From positions 22,655 to 86,654 of the forward strand of contig JAUCBJ010002302.1 of the NCBI GenBank assembly GCA_032718475.1: a stretch of DNA of 64,000 bases, in the 5' to 3' direction. The notes beneath the pieces were generated by a model, which was not told the DNA's origin, did not search any database, and saw nothing but the letters and a program-made list of their open reading frames with translations. Below, one piece after another: positions 56,001 through 61,178 of this stretch. Each line of letters begins with the position of its first letter. Within the stretch, counting starts at the first letter, position 1. This stretch comes from Nemertoderma westbladi (taxonomy: Eukaryota > Animalia > Xenacoelomorpha). Made by a program: the position numbers and the translations under genes.

Positions 56001-59000
56001 GTTTAACTTCCTTTTCTCGTTGTTCCGTTTGTTGTTGTTGCGCCTCGAACTCTGCCTGTCGTATCGCTTGTTGGGCTTTTATTTGCCGTGTCTTCATCTC
56101 GACTCTGGCTTCTGAAACTAACCTTTTTCTTTCTAACTCTGCCGCTTCCGTTTGTCGCTCTAACTCTGCCGCTGCCGTTTGTCGCTCTAACTCGGCCGCT
56201 GCCGCTGCCGTTTGTCGCTCTAACTCGGCTGTTGCCGTTCGTTGCGCTAACTCGGCCGCTGCCGCTTGTTGGGCAATATCCAACTCTAACCTTTCCATTT
56301 CGGCCGCTTCGAGTTCGGCTTGTTCCTGCAGATGAGAGATTCTCGCTACATTCGCAACACGTATTTTCTCTTCCTCTACCGCTGTTTGTATCATTAGCAG
56401 TTGAGTTTGTTCTTCCATCTCGTGTTGCTGTCTGTAGAACTGTTGCTGTTGTCGAGCAACTTCTGACGTGACCATGCTTACCTCGTTAATCTCGCTGCGA
56501 ATACTCACCAGTGATTGATTCAGTATTCCCGGTGCCGATTCGATTCGTACGGGTGAAGTTTCCCTCGTATATTCCGGCACGGTTTCCCAATCTCCGACAT
56601 CCTCGCCGCACATACGTAAGTGGTCCGTCAGATGTTTCAATTGTCCATCCAGTCGGTACAGTTCCTGTTCTTCCTCGGGCTGTAATAATTCGTCTGAAAC
56701 TGACTCACCTAACAACTGGTCCGCTTGTTCCTGTTGTATCTGTCTAATCGTCGACTTAAACTGAATCAGTTTCTCTCTAGCGATCATTAGTTTCTCGAGG
56801 ATTCTAAGTTGAGTATCCATGTCCTGTCTCTGTCTAGCTAGATCTTGTAGGCCAACTAGATTATCTACGGACTTATATACTTTACTCTGTACTCTAACCT
56901 GGAGGGTGTAGAACTCGAATCGAGACATCGGCGCGGTCAACTCGTCTAATACGCGTTGGCCTTCTCCAATACTCCTGGTAATATGCGCCATGTATCCTCC
57001 GACGCTCCTAACAACGCTTTCCTGACTTCCTGCTGAACTCACCATGTCCGTTTCCCTGTATCTAGGTTGCGGAACAGTTAGAAAGTCCTCGGTCCTGCCG
57101 TCGCCTCGTACTACGGCATCCGGTACTCCCGCTGGATGTACTGGTGACGCACACGGTGTAGGTTCGGTAGGCTCGCGAGTCTTCCCCTGTTGTTCTTCCG
57201 CTGCTGACTTATCCGCGTCACACGAGTCATAGTCGGTAGGTGTGTTCTTCGTATAGTCTTGTTTGTCACTCATTTCGGTAGTTGTAAGTCAAGTAAAGTG
57301 AGTGTCAAAGTATCAAACTTACCGTATTTTATCTAAACGGTACTAATTACAGTCATATAAAATTAGCCTACCGGCCGATTTTATAGCAGATGGATAAAAT
57401 TAGCCTAAACGGCCAATTTTACAGCAAATAAATGTCACGGAATAAGTATATAATAAAATTAGCCTAGCGGCCAATTTTATAACAAATAAATCGGATAACG
57501 GTATGCGTTATCAAAAGGTAAATTAAATACAATAATACGGACTAATTCAGCAATGAACAAAGAAATCATACGGAATGCATAAATACTTGAGACAGTGGAA
57601 CCCACAATAATTTTAACTAATACGGTAATGCCTAACTTATTTATGCAACTTTTCGAACTCACCCACTCCAATAATTCTCCAGAAAAACAGATTCCCAGAT
57701 ACAAACCGGACGTGAACCTTTCCGTTTTTAACGTTGCGGACGAAACGCGATTTTCCCAACCAAAGTTGTTGAGTTATCTATCTCCCAAACTTGCTAAACA
57801 CGGTCTTGCTCCCGTTACAGTCTAGAAATGAGTTCTGAATCCTGAAAAACAAAAGAGTTAGGTTTTACTTTACGAAAATTTTTGTACCGGTACAATATGG
57901 TATTTAAACCCTTTTTAAACACCGGTATTCAATTCCAAAAATAATTTTACACGCGATTCAAATCAAATTTTATTTCAAAAAATTAGCACTTAGCTAATCA
58001 AATACAAATTTTACCTCAAAATACAAAATTTTCAAATAACTTTAGTCCTACTGAACCGTAGTTCAGTAAAACATATTCCTACTAATTGAAGAGATACGCC
58101 TATTCCTACTATTGGAAGAGACGGTAACAATACCTGCAATATCTTACTGTAAAGTTTGTAAATCAAATCATAAATCCGACCTTCTCACCAAAACAGTAAA
58201 CTCTAAGTAAGCGAATATATTGCAGTATCGATCTCTTATAACCGGTGAGGCAGAAAACAGTCTACGAGCAGACAAACTTCGATAAAACAAAATCCCGCGC
58301 AGCGAATCCTAAAATCAGGCTGACTCACTGGCGGACTAAGAGCCTCGTATACTTTGCCGCGGTGTGATTTATATGGTTGGGCAAAAGGGACGCTAGCTAG
58401 GTACAGAGGCAGATATTTGGAGATGTCTAACTAGCGAGCAAAGTGCAGTAAGGACGAAAGTTAATTTTATATATTTTGAGGTGTAAATAATTTCTAACGC
58501 GCGTGTGTTAATTCTGAACGGTCAAAGGCAGTTTTGCTCCTTCACATATATAATTACTGGGTACGGTGTGCATTTTACGAATATTCTAATTTTGTAACTT
58601 GTAGGTCCAATACTCACGAATGATAAGGTTCCTTCCCCTCTTGCGTATTTCCAGGACTCAAATTCAGGCATAAGGTTAATACTACGCCCAGAATTCGGCA
58701 ATTTTAGGTACCAGGTCCCTGATACTAAGAAGAGATGTGTTAGTTTACTACTGTAGGCGTACGGGTACTAATAGCTATCCTGGCTCCTATCTAGAATTTT
58801 AGTCACCCAGGTAGTCCAGGTAACTTCCTATTAGGGCGTTGGCGGGGACACGGTAGATGTTAGTATATCCCTGATAGCCTCAATTTATTTGCGCCTAGTG
58901 TAAACTGCCCTACCGCCTGAACGGTACAATCCCAATTCAGGTGAAAACACAGCAACCCCCCTAGCCTACAAGTTCTAATGCAATGGACACTGTTGTACTG

Positions 59001-61146
59001 CAAATAGTCACAGACGCACCTGTACTTAGCAAGAGTTAAGCGTACAGTTTGCTGCACCCTAACCAATGTGTATGCTTCGTACCGGTGTGCCTACGTCCTA
59101 TCTGCGTACTAGTATCTGCCTGCGCTCTCTCCCTCCCCCGTAGGAATATGAAGGTCTACTGCGGTTTTTCCTGAATCAAAACAGTACAGTCCCTATGATG
59201 TAATTTTAGGCTTACAGCGTGTCACTACTTCTACCTTTTGATCTTTTGGTCTTACACTTAGGTAGCAAGGATCGAACGCTGTCTAACCTTTCAGGCGATG
59301 GGCGAATAACTCTAGATGGTATTGCGGGTTATCTCTCGTCTACATTCCCCCGATGTTCCTGTTCATTGCTGCGGCCCGATCTCTAGCCGGCCATCCTGTC
59401 CCTGAGTTTGTTCACCGTAGTGAATCCATGATAAAACAGATAGAAAAGGGCTGAGATGTGACTAGTATTTCTGACTTTTATTACAAAAGATATAATAACT
59501 ATTATACAATAAACAATGTAATCTGAAATAAGACAGAAAGTTAAGGTAGATCAGCAATTGAGATTGATAACTAATGAACAAATCGCACCTTTATATACCA
59601 AATTTGTGCCGCAATCAATCGAGAAAATTCTCGATTGTTCTATGGGTTCTAACGGGGTTTTAAAGATAGCTATTGGTCCAGCTAATATATAACTTGCACG
59701 ACATTGGTTACAATCAAATAACTACAGTCTCATTGGTACAGACAAATGCAATTAATTTGTAGCGGTTAATTTAAATGAGTTGAAATTCTGTACAAAAAAT
59801 AATTCGCACTTACTAGGATTCGAACTCAATACCTACTACACATATAATTTCCAACGCTCTACCGACTGAGCTACTGAACCACTTGACCGATAGGTGCACA
59901 ATAGATAGAACCAATACGAATGAGAACTCAAAGCAATCTTTACAAAGTTAATTCGAATAAAAATAAAATTTTGAAAATCCACGGCATTTAGAGAATATAA
60001 TTCTATAGTGAGTCTTGAAGTAAATTTGTTATTTTTAGAGAAAATTAGAGTATTGATGATTTCTTGCACTTTTTATGTAAAGTAAAAAGTTAGTATCAAT
60101 AATATCTCAGACGTTTTTTATATTATAACAAATTACATTTCATTGAATATATTTTAGCTGTTATCTTAATCAGTAACATGTAAATACTTATAGATGAATA
60201 TGTCCACCACCATTACTTCTACCACCGCATCCTACGGCGCACCGTCTCCAGTTTCTGACCAATCAGCGCCGCTAACGGACAGTGGGAGACGGTCAGACAG
60301 ATCCGCCGTGGAGGCCCATCGTTTCCTGCAGTCATCGCAGTCGCACCCGCGGCTGTGGGACAGATCCGCCCCCAATTCCACACAACTCACTGAGGATGTA
60401 ATACCGCGAAAATCGACATTATTTAATAGTTCTAGAACACTCGAACCAGTGGTTGCTATGGCGGCATCTAGTTGTGCTGATGGACAGAGTTTGAGTACTG
60501 CGACCCAACCGAACCTGACGCTGACGTTCAACCAGACGCAGACGAACCCAGATGAGACAGCTAGTCAGAAGGAGGAGTACTATGGTCTCCCAGTCGACTA
60601 TATAGGTGGGTCTGGGTAATTGAACTAAATTGGTCTGAAACTAAATGTACTGTAAGAATTTGGTTAGCTATGTGACTAGAAAGATGCTTTTAGCATTTTT
60701 AATAATCATTTTTTACATACCATGATATTCTTTCAAAACAAGAAATGCAGTTTTATGGTCACAATGAAACATTATGTTATAACGTTATTGATCCGGATGT
60801 TTCATAAATCATACAAACTTGACTGTTAAGCTGTGTAAATCAAAAATTATTTATTTGATTGATTTTAATAACAGGCGATTCTAATAGCCAACTGTTAGAA
60901 TTACTGCAGAGCCGTCTGGAGGCCAGTCAGCTACTCAACGAGTCTCTATACATGGAGATTAGTACTCTACGGGGATTGGATAGTTCGGATAACCTTGGTA
61001 ACAGCGAGTTGGTTAACCAATTGTTGACCGATATACGCAGTCTCCGCATCCGATTGGAGGAGAGTTTGGAGCGGAATTCAAGTCTGGAAGTGCAGCTGTT
61101 GAACAAGTTGAAGGAGCTGGAGGGTGCGGTTCAGTTGAAGGAAGAG
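1927..61146 (+). CDS. cnn: Centrosomin/CDK5RAP2/myomegalin-family centrosomal coiled-coil protein, 16 exons, 3'-incomplete (~1,699 codons in window)
   Basis: Exons 1927-2033, 3672-3843, 4946-5151, 8252-8375, 8548-8826, 8936-9199, 9454-9631, 10180-10446, 11612-11797, 14585-14808, 15046-17098, 17405-17532, 21843-21972, 35436-35530, 60194-60605, 60875-61146 all have AG/GT borders and compatible phases (total 5,097 nt, no stop). Exons 2-3 encode MKEYEKMIDSLKADNFNLRCRVFYAEE, matching the CM1/Cnn_1N motif (human CDK5RAP2 MKDFENQITELKKENFNLKLRIYFLEE). Exon 16 LLTDIRSLRIRLEESLERNSSLEVQL resembles the conserved C-terminal coiled coil of CDK5RAP2/PDE4DIP. Family call is from motif recall; exact orthology not tested. 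Confidence 0.85.
3135..3388 (+). repeat. Two ~80 bp direct repeats
   Basis: aaaatttttcccgt...cgaggagaccgggaaatttgagaaa.atatcagagtcttttcata at ~3135-3214 and ~3307-3385. Confidence 0.6.
3672..3843 (+). CDS. cnn-like exon 2 (DRVAAD...PMKEYEK; start of CM1)
   Basis: acceptor cccacag, donor AAG|gttatt, open frame ending in CM1 N-terminus. Confidence 0.85.
4946..5151 (+). CDS. cnn-like exon 3 (CM1 core DNFNLRCRVFYAEE)
   Basis: acceptor cctgtag, donor AA|gtaagt; ORF track 4946..5155. Confidence 0.9.
5125..8114 (+). repeat. 51 bp tandem array (~58 copies) spanning exon 3 end and splice donor
   Basis: unit gaaacaagagttaatagagcaggcgaa|gtaagtaggtggtacctggtggat, almost invariant. Confidence 0.97.
8252..8375 (+). 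CDS. cnn-like exon 4
   Basis: acceptor tacttacag, donor CAG|gttggt, phase 2 to 0, ATIDSLN...SRLVDQ. Confidence 0.8.
8548..8826 (+). CDS. cnn-like exon 5
   Basis: acceptor ctctatag, donor CTG|gtgggt; frame of ORF 8560..8841. Confidence 0.75.
8936..9199 (+). CDS. cnn-like exon 6 (coiled coil)
   Basis: acceptor tttttctcag, donor AAG|gtattc; frame of ORF 8981..9211. Confidence 0.8.
9454..9631 (+). CDS. cnn-like exon 7
   Basis: acceptor attacag, donor ACAG|gtgggt; phase 0 to 1. Confidence 0.75.
10180..10446 (+). CDS. cnn-like exon 8 (coiled coil)
   Basis: acceptor tcttctcag, donor G|gtaagt; DLVNTLIKDL...TRNRV. Confidence 0.85.
10803..11271. mobile_element. MITE-like element with long imperfect terminal inverted repeats
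   Basis: gtcaccccagggctgaactgacttttt...gacattttaac mirrored by gttaaaatgtc...aaaagtcagttcagccctggggtgac; inner arms tgacgatgtccgg.ttcagaatcgtc / gacgattctgaaaccggacatcgtca. Confidence 0.75.
11612..11797 (+). CDS. cnn-like exon 9
   Basis: acceptor cctctcag, donor TTAG|gtgagt; ETLPTPP...DAMVQTDD...MTSLL; phase 1 to 1. Confidence 0.8.
11780..14526 (+). repeat. 32 bp tandem array (~86 copies) spanning exon 9 end and splice donor
   Basis: unit gtatgacgtcattgttgg|gtgagttgagtata with GT>GG variants. Confidence 0.97.
14585..14808 (+). CDS. cnn-like exon 10 (coiled coil)
   Basis: acceptor ataatag, donor GAG|gtgagg; frame of ORF 14620..14886. Confidence 0.8.
15046..17098 (+). CDS. cnn-like exon 11, 2,053 nt coiled-coil exon
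   Basis: acceptor tttag, donor ATAG|gtaagt; ORF 15058..17184 is E/K/L-rich heptad sequence. Confidence 0.9.
17405..17532 (+). CDS. cnn-like exon 12
   Basis: acceptor gctttctag, donor GAG|gttagt; DQPNQKSL...IYNE. Confidence 0.8.
18657..21411. mobile_element. Non-autonomous DNA transposon, 27 bp TIRs, 4 bp TSD (Sola-like)
   Basis: TIR gggtcgttctcacaaaaagtggccaaa / tttggccactttttgtgagaacaaccc; AAAT on both flanks (18653-18656, 21412-21415); no transposase ORF. The Sola assignment rests only on GGG termini plus an AT-rich 4 bp TSD. Confidence 0.8.
19811..20874 (+). repeat. ~39 bp composite tandem array inside the TIR element
   Basis: unit gttagtgatggcgttacacgtgaaggacttagagattaa with shorter ~20 bp sub-units and ggat insertions. 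Confidence 0.92.
21843..21972 (+). CDS. cnn-like exon 13
   Basis: acceptor gttacag, donor G|gtaagt; LPEVVSA...LQRVIT. Confidence 0.8.
22527..23170 (+). repeat. 53 bp tandem array preceded by (ggatcc)n; probable subterminal repeats of a DNA element
   Basis: unit ggatccggaatggagtgtaaaacacggattttcgttaattaccaagttttgtt, about 8 good copies plus degenerate ones. Confidence 0.8.
23817..24623 (+). repeat. 13 bp minisatellite (~62 copies)
   Basis: unit gtgtatgctcctg; has no stop in any frame, which explains the six spurious ORFs. Confidence 0.97.
25201..25274 (-). pseudogene. Degenerate tRNA-like sequence / SINE head (anticodon-loop TGG, Pro-like)
   Basis: minus strand CGCGGAG TGGATCAGTTGGGAGAGC G TGGGA CTTGGAA TCTCT...GAGTTTAATCC...TTCCG: A box, partial anticodon arm, damaged B box. 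Confidence 0.5.
25335..34818 (+). repeat. 30 bp satellite, ~9.5 kb (~310 copies)
   Basis: unit gaatactagaggtctcgctacggacctaat; homogeneous core, variant units at both ends. Confidence 0.98.
35436..35530 (+). CDS. cnn-like exon 14 (alternative in-frame acceptor at 35448)
   Basis: acceptors ctctctag and gtttcag 12 nt apart, donor GAT|gtaagt; phase 1 to 0 bridges exons 13 and 15. Confidence 0.7.
35844..42253 (+). repeat. 48 bp tandem array split by a LINE insertion (35844-39123 and 41823-42253)
   Basis: unit cgtgaattatttctgacgactgtactgtaccacactgcgatacaacct. Confidence 0.96.
39124..41822 (+). mobile_element. 5'-truncated, decayed RTE-clade non-LTR retrotransposon (APE endonuclease + RT)
   Basis: Motifs GIGLLM, CYSPT, GDFNA, QIDHIL, SDHRL (APE); NQNGFRKGRG, DIFKAFDSV, GVLQGDTLAP, DLDFADD (RT); frameshifts and stops; TSD gtgaattattt at 39113-39123 and 41823-41833; 3' end ctagtaggatta. 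Confidence 0.9.
43409..45334 (-). repeat. 3' LTR (1,926 bp)
   Basis: Direct repeat of 58083-60007; by eye one substitution (agaggctc/agagcctc) and one 1-nt indel (cacaatat/cacatat); weak PPT GGAGCGG abuts it on the minus strand. Confidence 0.95.
45121..45207 (-). ncRNA. tRNA-like Pol III cassette in the 3' LTR
   Basis: identical to 59794-59880. Confidence 0.65.
46089..47345 (-). CDS. Accessory ORF with three CCHC zinc knuckles, between pol and 3' LTR
   Basis: CSKCGVAGHHMTKC, CRWCGDQGSHTFYTC, CTYCNIKGHRASEC; basic RG-rich C-terminus; true start uncertain (overlapping upstream frames to 47898). Confidence 0.7.
   Translation of the reverse strand: MYTTFRNLPTHRPDDYDYSMGGSARPIGDLIYERVWYPANTMCSKCGVAGHHMTKCSGKHITTTQLICRWCGDQGSHTFYTCWRFMAQCTYCNIKGHRASECQLRDIPYEHESVKLVRKLFDEWEYLADEHVSAQRRRFPMRAHLGFWAVNPQTMMSEGYISAMPQYDELIEVVDILPHDSGFRVVREYLLQIHPDNKNTWNFQKVVNRITYGEFDRFRTEKRIKGAWLTVAWAYRAAFYHKRIRASVFEEEEVLEATNIPATPVAPSARHPREDGQGRIIRVQKVGQQLKKIINVEERKGVEPTIRVTRDTVSLPREPVGGSGHIPADQQGAQATLGSASSAFRAFPDVLPTVVTTDRSRGIGRGFGMPNRRICEEIVAPSLNAPSKPVTRPISPISRAKSPVRSFRGRGRARSTKR
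48451..57273 (-). CDS. BEL/Pao gag-pol polyprotein, 2,940 aa
   Basis: Gag PPKFSG...W..F; BEL-type triple Cys/His cluster (CQYC..., CWRCTRHGHVRKDC, CPSCGRNHDGLLH); protease AILDSAS; RT YYLPHH, RVVNDC, FYVDD; RNase H HCFSDAS, RAELQAA, NPADIASRG; integrase HHCC, GIDCFGP, SDQGTNF, GGVWERL. Confidence 0.96.
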   Translation of the reverse strand: MSDKQDYTKNTPTDYDSCDADKSAAEEQQGKTREPTEPTPCASPVHPAGVPDAVVRGDGRTEDFLTVPQPRYRETDMVSSAGSQESVVRSVGGYMAHITRSIGEGQRVLDELTAPMSRFEFYTLQVRVQSKVYKSVDNLVGLQDLARQRQDMDTQLRILEKLMIAREKLIQFKSTIRQIQQEQADQLLGESVSDELLQPEEEQELYRLDGQLKHLTDHLRMCGEDVGDWETVPEYTRETSPVRIESAPGILNQSLVSIRSEINEVSMVTSEVARQQQQFYRQQHEMEEQTQLLMIQTAVEEEKIRVANVARISHLQEQAELEAAEMERLELDIAQQAAAAELAQRTATAELERQTAAAAAELERQTAAAELERQTEAAELERKRLVSEARVEMKTRQIKAQQAIRQAEFEAQQQQTEQREKEVKLRFELEKRARELAETKENLDLLARDRSMRSRDGHDLDQIEVRHRQIQERKKEGSVGAPGRERQLVKDLCQRFPQVTHMFAPVTTKEPVSIAGSSNISPIHGATEHRFVIPDEFTLPRATSSPIPKVKVSNPPITDRSSLLVEPVLLTTKQVSPPLTPKPVTHYAYPMTFRPTRPLDSNAVTRPPVQFTSQSTTSRKTCEPTEQRRPVDTRPFNQFTSQSTTSRKTCEPTEQRRPVDTRPFNQFTSQSTTSRKTCEPTEQRKPVDDVPKRNVRIRTAQRTRARRPPYPGDSSTSSESDYPEREVFRTGAADKCKRERSDNSFIDNPPQNTPTQKALQPTDAISTQQFADILRPVVNKLAQIEERLEEVETDSSRNTEFEHNSHPKDPQRPIPSRNTSYQGKAPKRDINQITNQGRETLNVAEEIAKFAARQGLPVQQPPKFSGSSKHWHTFVDYIESQIAVCAFTSREKFNYLLQMLSGEPKRLAETFVGVPDAFELAYDRLTSIYGGTVSMARSVIEELCKGGAITKPVDLLKLADEIKNAITTLRSIGQLDYGNTPTVLLKIIGRLHHRLRREWRKVEYQREERGGFLKLEDVYLLISREAVVETRSNYTDQHIVAEGITLPSSNRQKPQTTSTKTATYATPTESRQFSDGSRVSAPIGTKQTRQQLSTDFSGCQYCEHLGKRYIGHKLRGCRQFRELNSEERRLQIRPLDSCWRCTRHGHVRKDCPNTDTCPSCGRNHDGLLHTDSHTPTKRFAREHPEAAARCDAAYRKRESKTTPTFVTHIEDCFSEQSGSSDEELEDDDEYSNGDEQPSIALLTTDQLKGFSVIPIKITGTKGSKRIYAILDSASSHSYVDEKIADVVTDLRQGKHVSYTVSSMHGQRAIPVTRVKLDLDSLLPKSQHSERERSLLPFKDLTFAATKDFSNLLGPVPEQSLEDRKYFRHIGVPECPVNYRSVAMLIGTDQFNLHQVWETRPSAVVAGNAYACRTPIGWYTRAPVRTLDVSDEEDDVQSTCSLLTTNSIHSFSHDVNHTTLQSTKHDRRVTSMISHKEQLTHQVSLELGEKTSQLEIPSTTDDRLASLPTPITSTVPVDIDDDALKNHQMEQAALDKELTEKTIRWLEQDTAEPGSYEPCMSEQEKQSLKIMEDTIRQTKDGHYEVGMLWRSQSPKLINNYPLALRRLHSIRQRLLKDEKAHLQYNTQMETYLTKGYAIRMTNPEIVTDQTYYLPHHYVRHPDKPDKVRVVNDCAALFEGMSLNSELMDGPNMNNYLMGVIMRFRQRQVAFTCDVEAMFHQVKALERDRDSLRFLWYPEGDLSLPPATYQMQVRVFGARDSPNCTMYALKQAARDQKHLYDPEIIKIVERDFYVDDGLQSCDTVERATTVAHQLRDCLAGGGFNLTKFASNSAELVDSFGTTERGGGDIDLEFEPLPTTKVLGLFWDPNTDNFRVKVRLDSQENTLTKRSCLSKLSRLFDPLGFISPVILQARIYMRSIWKDGLTWDEPISSDQVDLWKTWEAELSSLEDYSIPRVYFPLQSTFPDNLELHCFSDASDNGFGVAAYLRRQVDSDEFDVSLITSKAKTMPTKYMTTPRAELQAATLSTTIVNLIQTELQSSLQIFYWTDATLVLFYINNDTLEFKTFVANRRAEILDRSIKEDWRHCPGPQNPADIASRGMMPEEFCKPENKEFWQHGPQFLQKSTQDWPPLYDNKSNTIPKDAEIKKPKKGKAKKKTTAVKLKKKPKAKWKDITSKVKRGRLASLSTPDISPDGQPDTLLDSQPDILPDISQNVSPDISNVLTNSKAAVSLLERPSIDKQPDTLPDVSPDKLLDGQPDVLPDTSLDISPEVPRNILPDMSQNVLPDTGNILTNSEAAVSLLERPCIDKLPILTHLSNHKHGETSCITDVGSTYANVNTGVTLRSRDIPNLQPMVRPGINVGRKISLPKPADPIEFKPPLTIDLQSTDNQGKKTKKDKLLVDPDGSTVNKGILTGGPVGPSSNSKPSKISIDLPDDVTITHVDRIVNLTDSWTNACRKLAWIVRFVQYVKGKRDFTRRLTLAEIDRCEIKLIRHYQLRYFAREFTSINQGQPIKSSPILSWSPIIYNGLICHKSRLQNIDFNTNFRYPIIIPQHHELQRAMILDAHLHLKHAGRHHCLSYLRTRFVLIRPSKALSSVTRTCIICKKVHSRIGTQEMSELPQARLQAFRPPFTETGIDCFGPIHTKRGRILVKRWGLIFTCMSSRAVHIERVMYLSTNAFILALRRFIARRGLVKCLYSDQGTNFVGARNEIARAFKKLDHDQISNELQPHKIVWKFNPPDSPWRGGVWERLIRSIKTAMAKVIPVNHILTDDQLTTLFVEIEAILNTRPIVLVPDDKQSQFALTPAHLLMQAPTTLTPISIPTESDSYGRKAWKITQLLANKFWEIWQNHYLPSISARTTWYNNTRALKPGDHVLLAEVNLKRRFWITGVILATHPSMDGVTRTVTVRTIDGRTVDRPTQRLVLLEETRNESGDYKSPPNTSK
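55215..55446 (-). repeat. 84 bp in-frame tandem repeat (~2.8 copies) in gag
   Basis: QFTSQSTTSRKTCEPTEQRRPVDTRPFN repeated. Confidence 0.9.
57355..57490 (-). repeat. Three short imperfect direct repeats in the BEL 5' leader
   Basis: ataaaattagccta..cggcc.atttta.a.ca at ~57356, ~57393, ~57452. Confidence 0.7.
58046..58082 (-). other. Non-canonical primer-binding region plus cUACGg hairpin
   Basis: minus strand directly after LTR: GTAGGAATATG TTTTACTGAAC TACG GTTCAGTAGGA. Confidence 0.6.
59477..59736 (-). promoter_or_regulatory. Candidate LTR Pol II promoter and poly(A) signal
   Basis: minus strand: CCAAT x3 (59732-36, 59703-07, 59672-76), TATATAAAG (59589-97), AATAAA (59477-82); same in 3' LTR. 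Confidence 0.55.
59794..59880 (-). ncRNA. tRNA-like Pol III cassette in the 5' LTR
   Basis: GGTTCAG TAGCTCAGTCGGTAGAGC (A box, intact D arm)...GAGTTCGAATCC (B box)...TTTTTT terminator; no proper anticodon or acceptor stem. Confidence 0.65.
60194..60605 (+). CDS. cnn-like exon 15 (S/T-rich linker)
   Basis: acceptor cttatag, donor ATAG|gtgggt; ORF 60194..60619. Confidence 0.75.
60875..61146 (+). CDS. cnn-like exon 16 (conserved C-terminal coiled coil)
   Basis: acceptor ataacag, donor GAG|gtgggt; IRSLRIRLEESLERN motif. Confidence 0.8.
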
Positions 61147-61178
61147 GTGGGTGGTCCTTCTTCAATCATTTACACTGA

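Larger units (their letters stand above)
43409..60007 (-). mobile_element. Full-length BEL/Pao LTR retrotransposon (16.6 kb), recent insertion in intron 14
   Basis: Two near-identical LTRs, TSD GTGAG at 43404-43408 and 60008-60012, intact gag-pol ORF with BEL order PR-RT-RH-IN. Confidence 0.95.
58083..60007 (-). repeat. 5' LTR (1,925 bp)
   Basis: Direct repeat of 43409-45334; minus-strand termini TATAGA...CAATTA. Confidence 0.95.

Noticed and set aside
48893-57232. Numerous short + strand ORFs
   Set aside because: Antisense shadows of the BEL gag-pol ORF with no recognisable motifs
59041-59139. Possible HDV-like ribozyme starting at GGGGGAG just 3' of the putative self-primer
   Set aside because: No complementary P1 strand found by eye in the next ~200 nt
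59794-59880. Functional tRNA gene
   Set aside because: Anticodon arm and acceptor stem do not pair; kept only as a tRNA-like Pol III cassette
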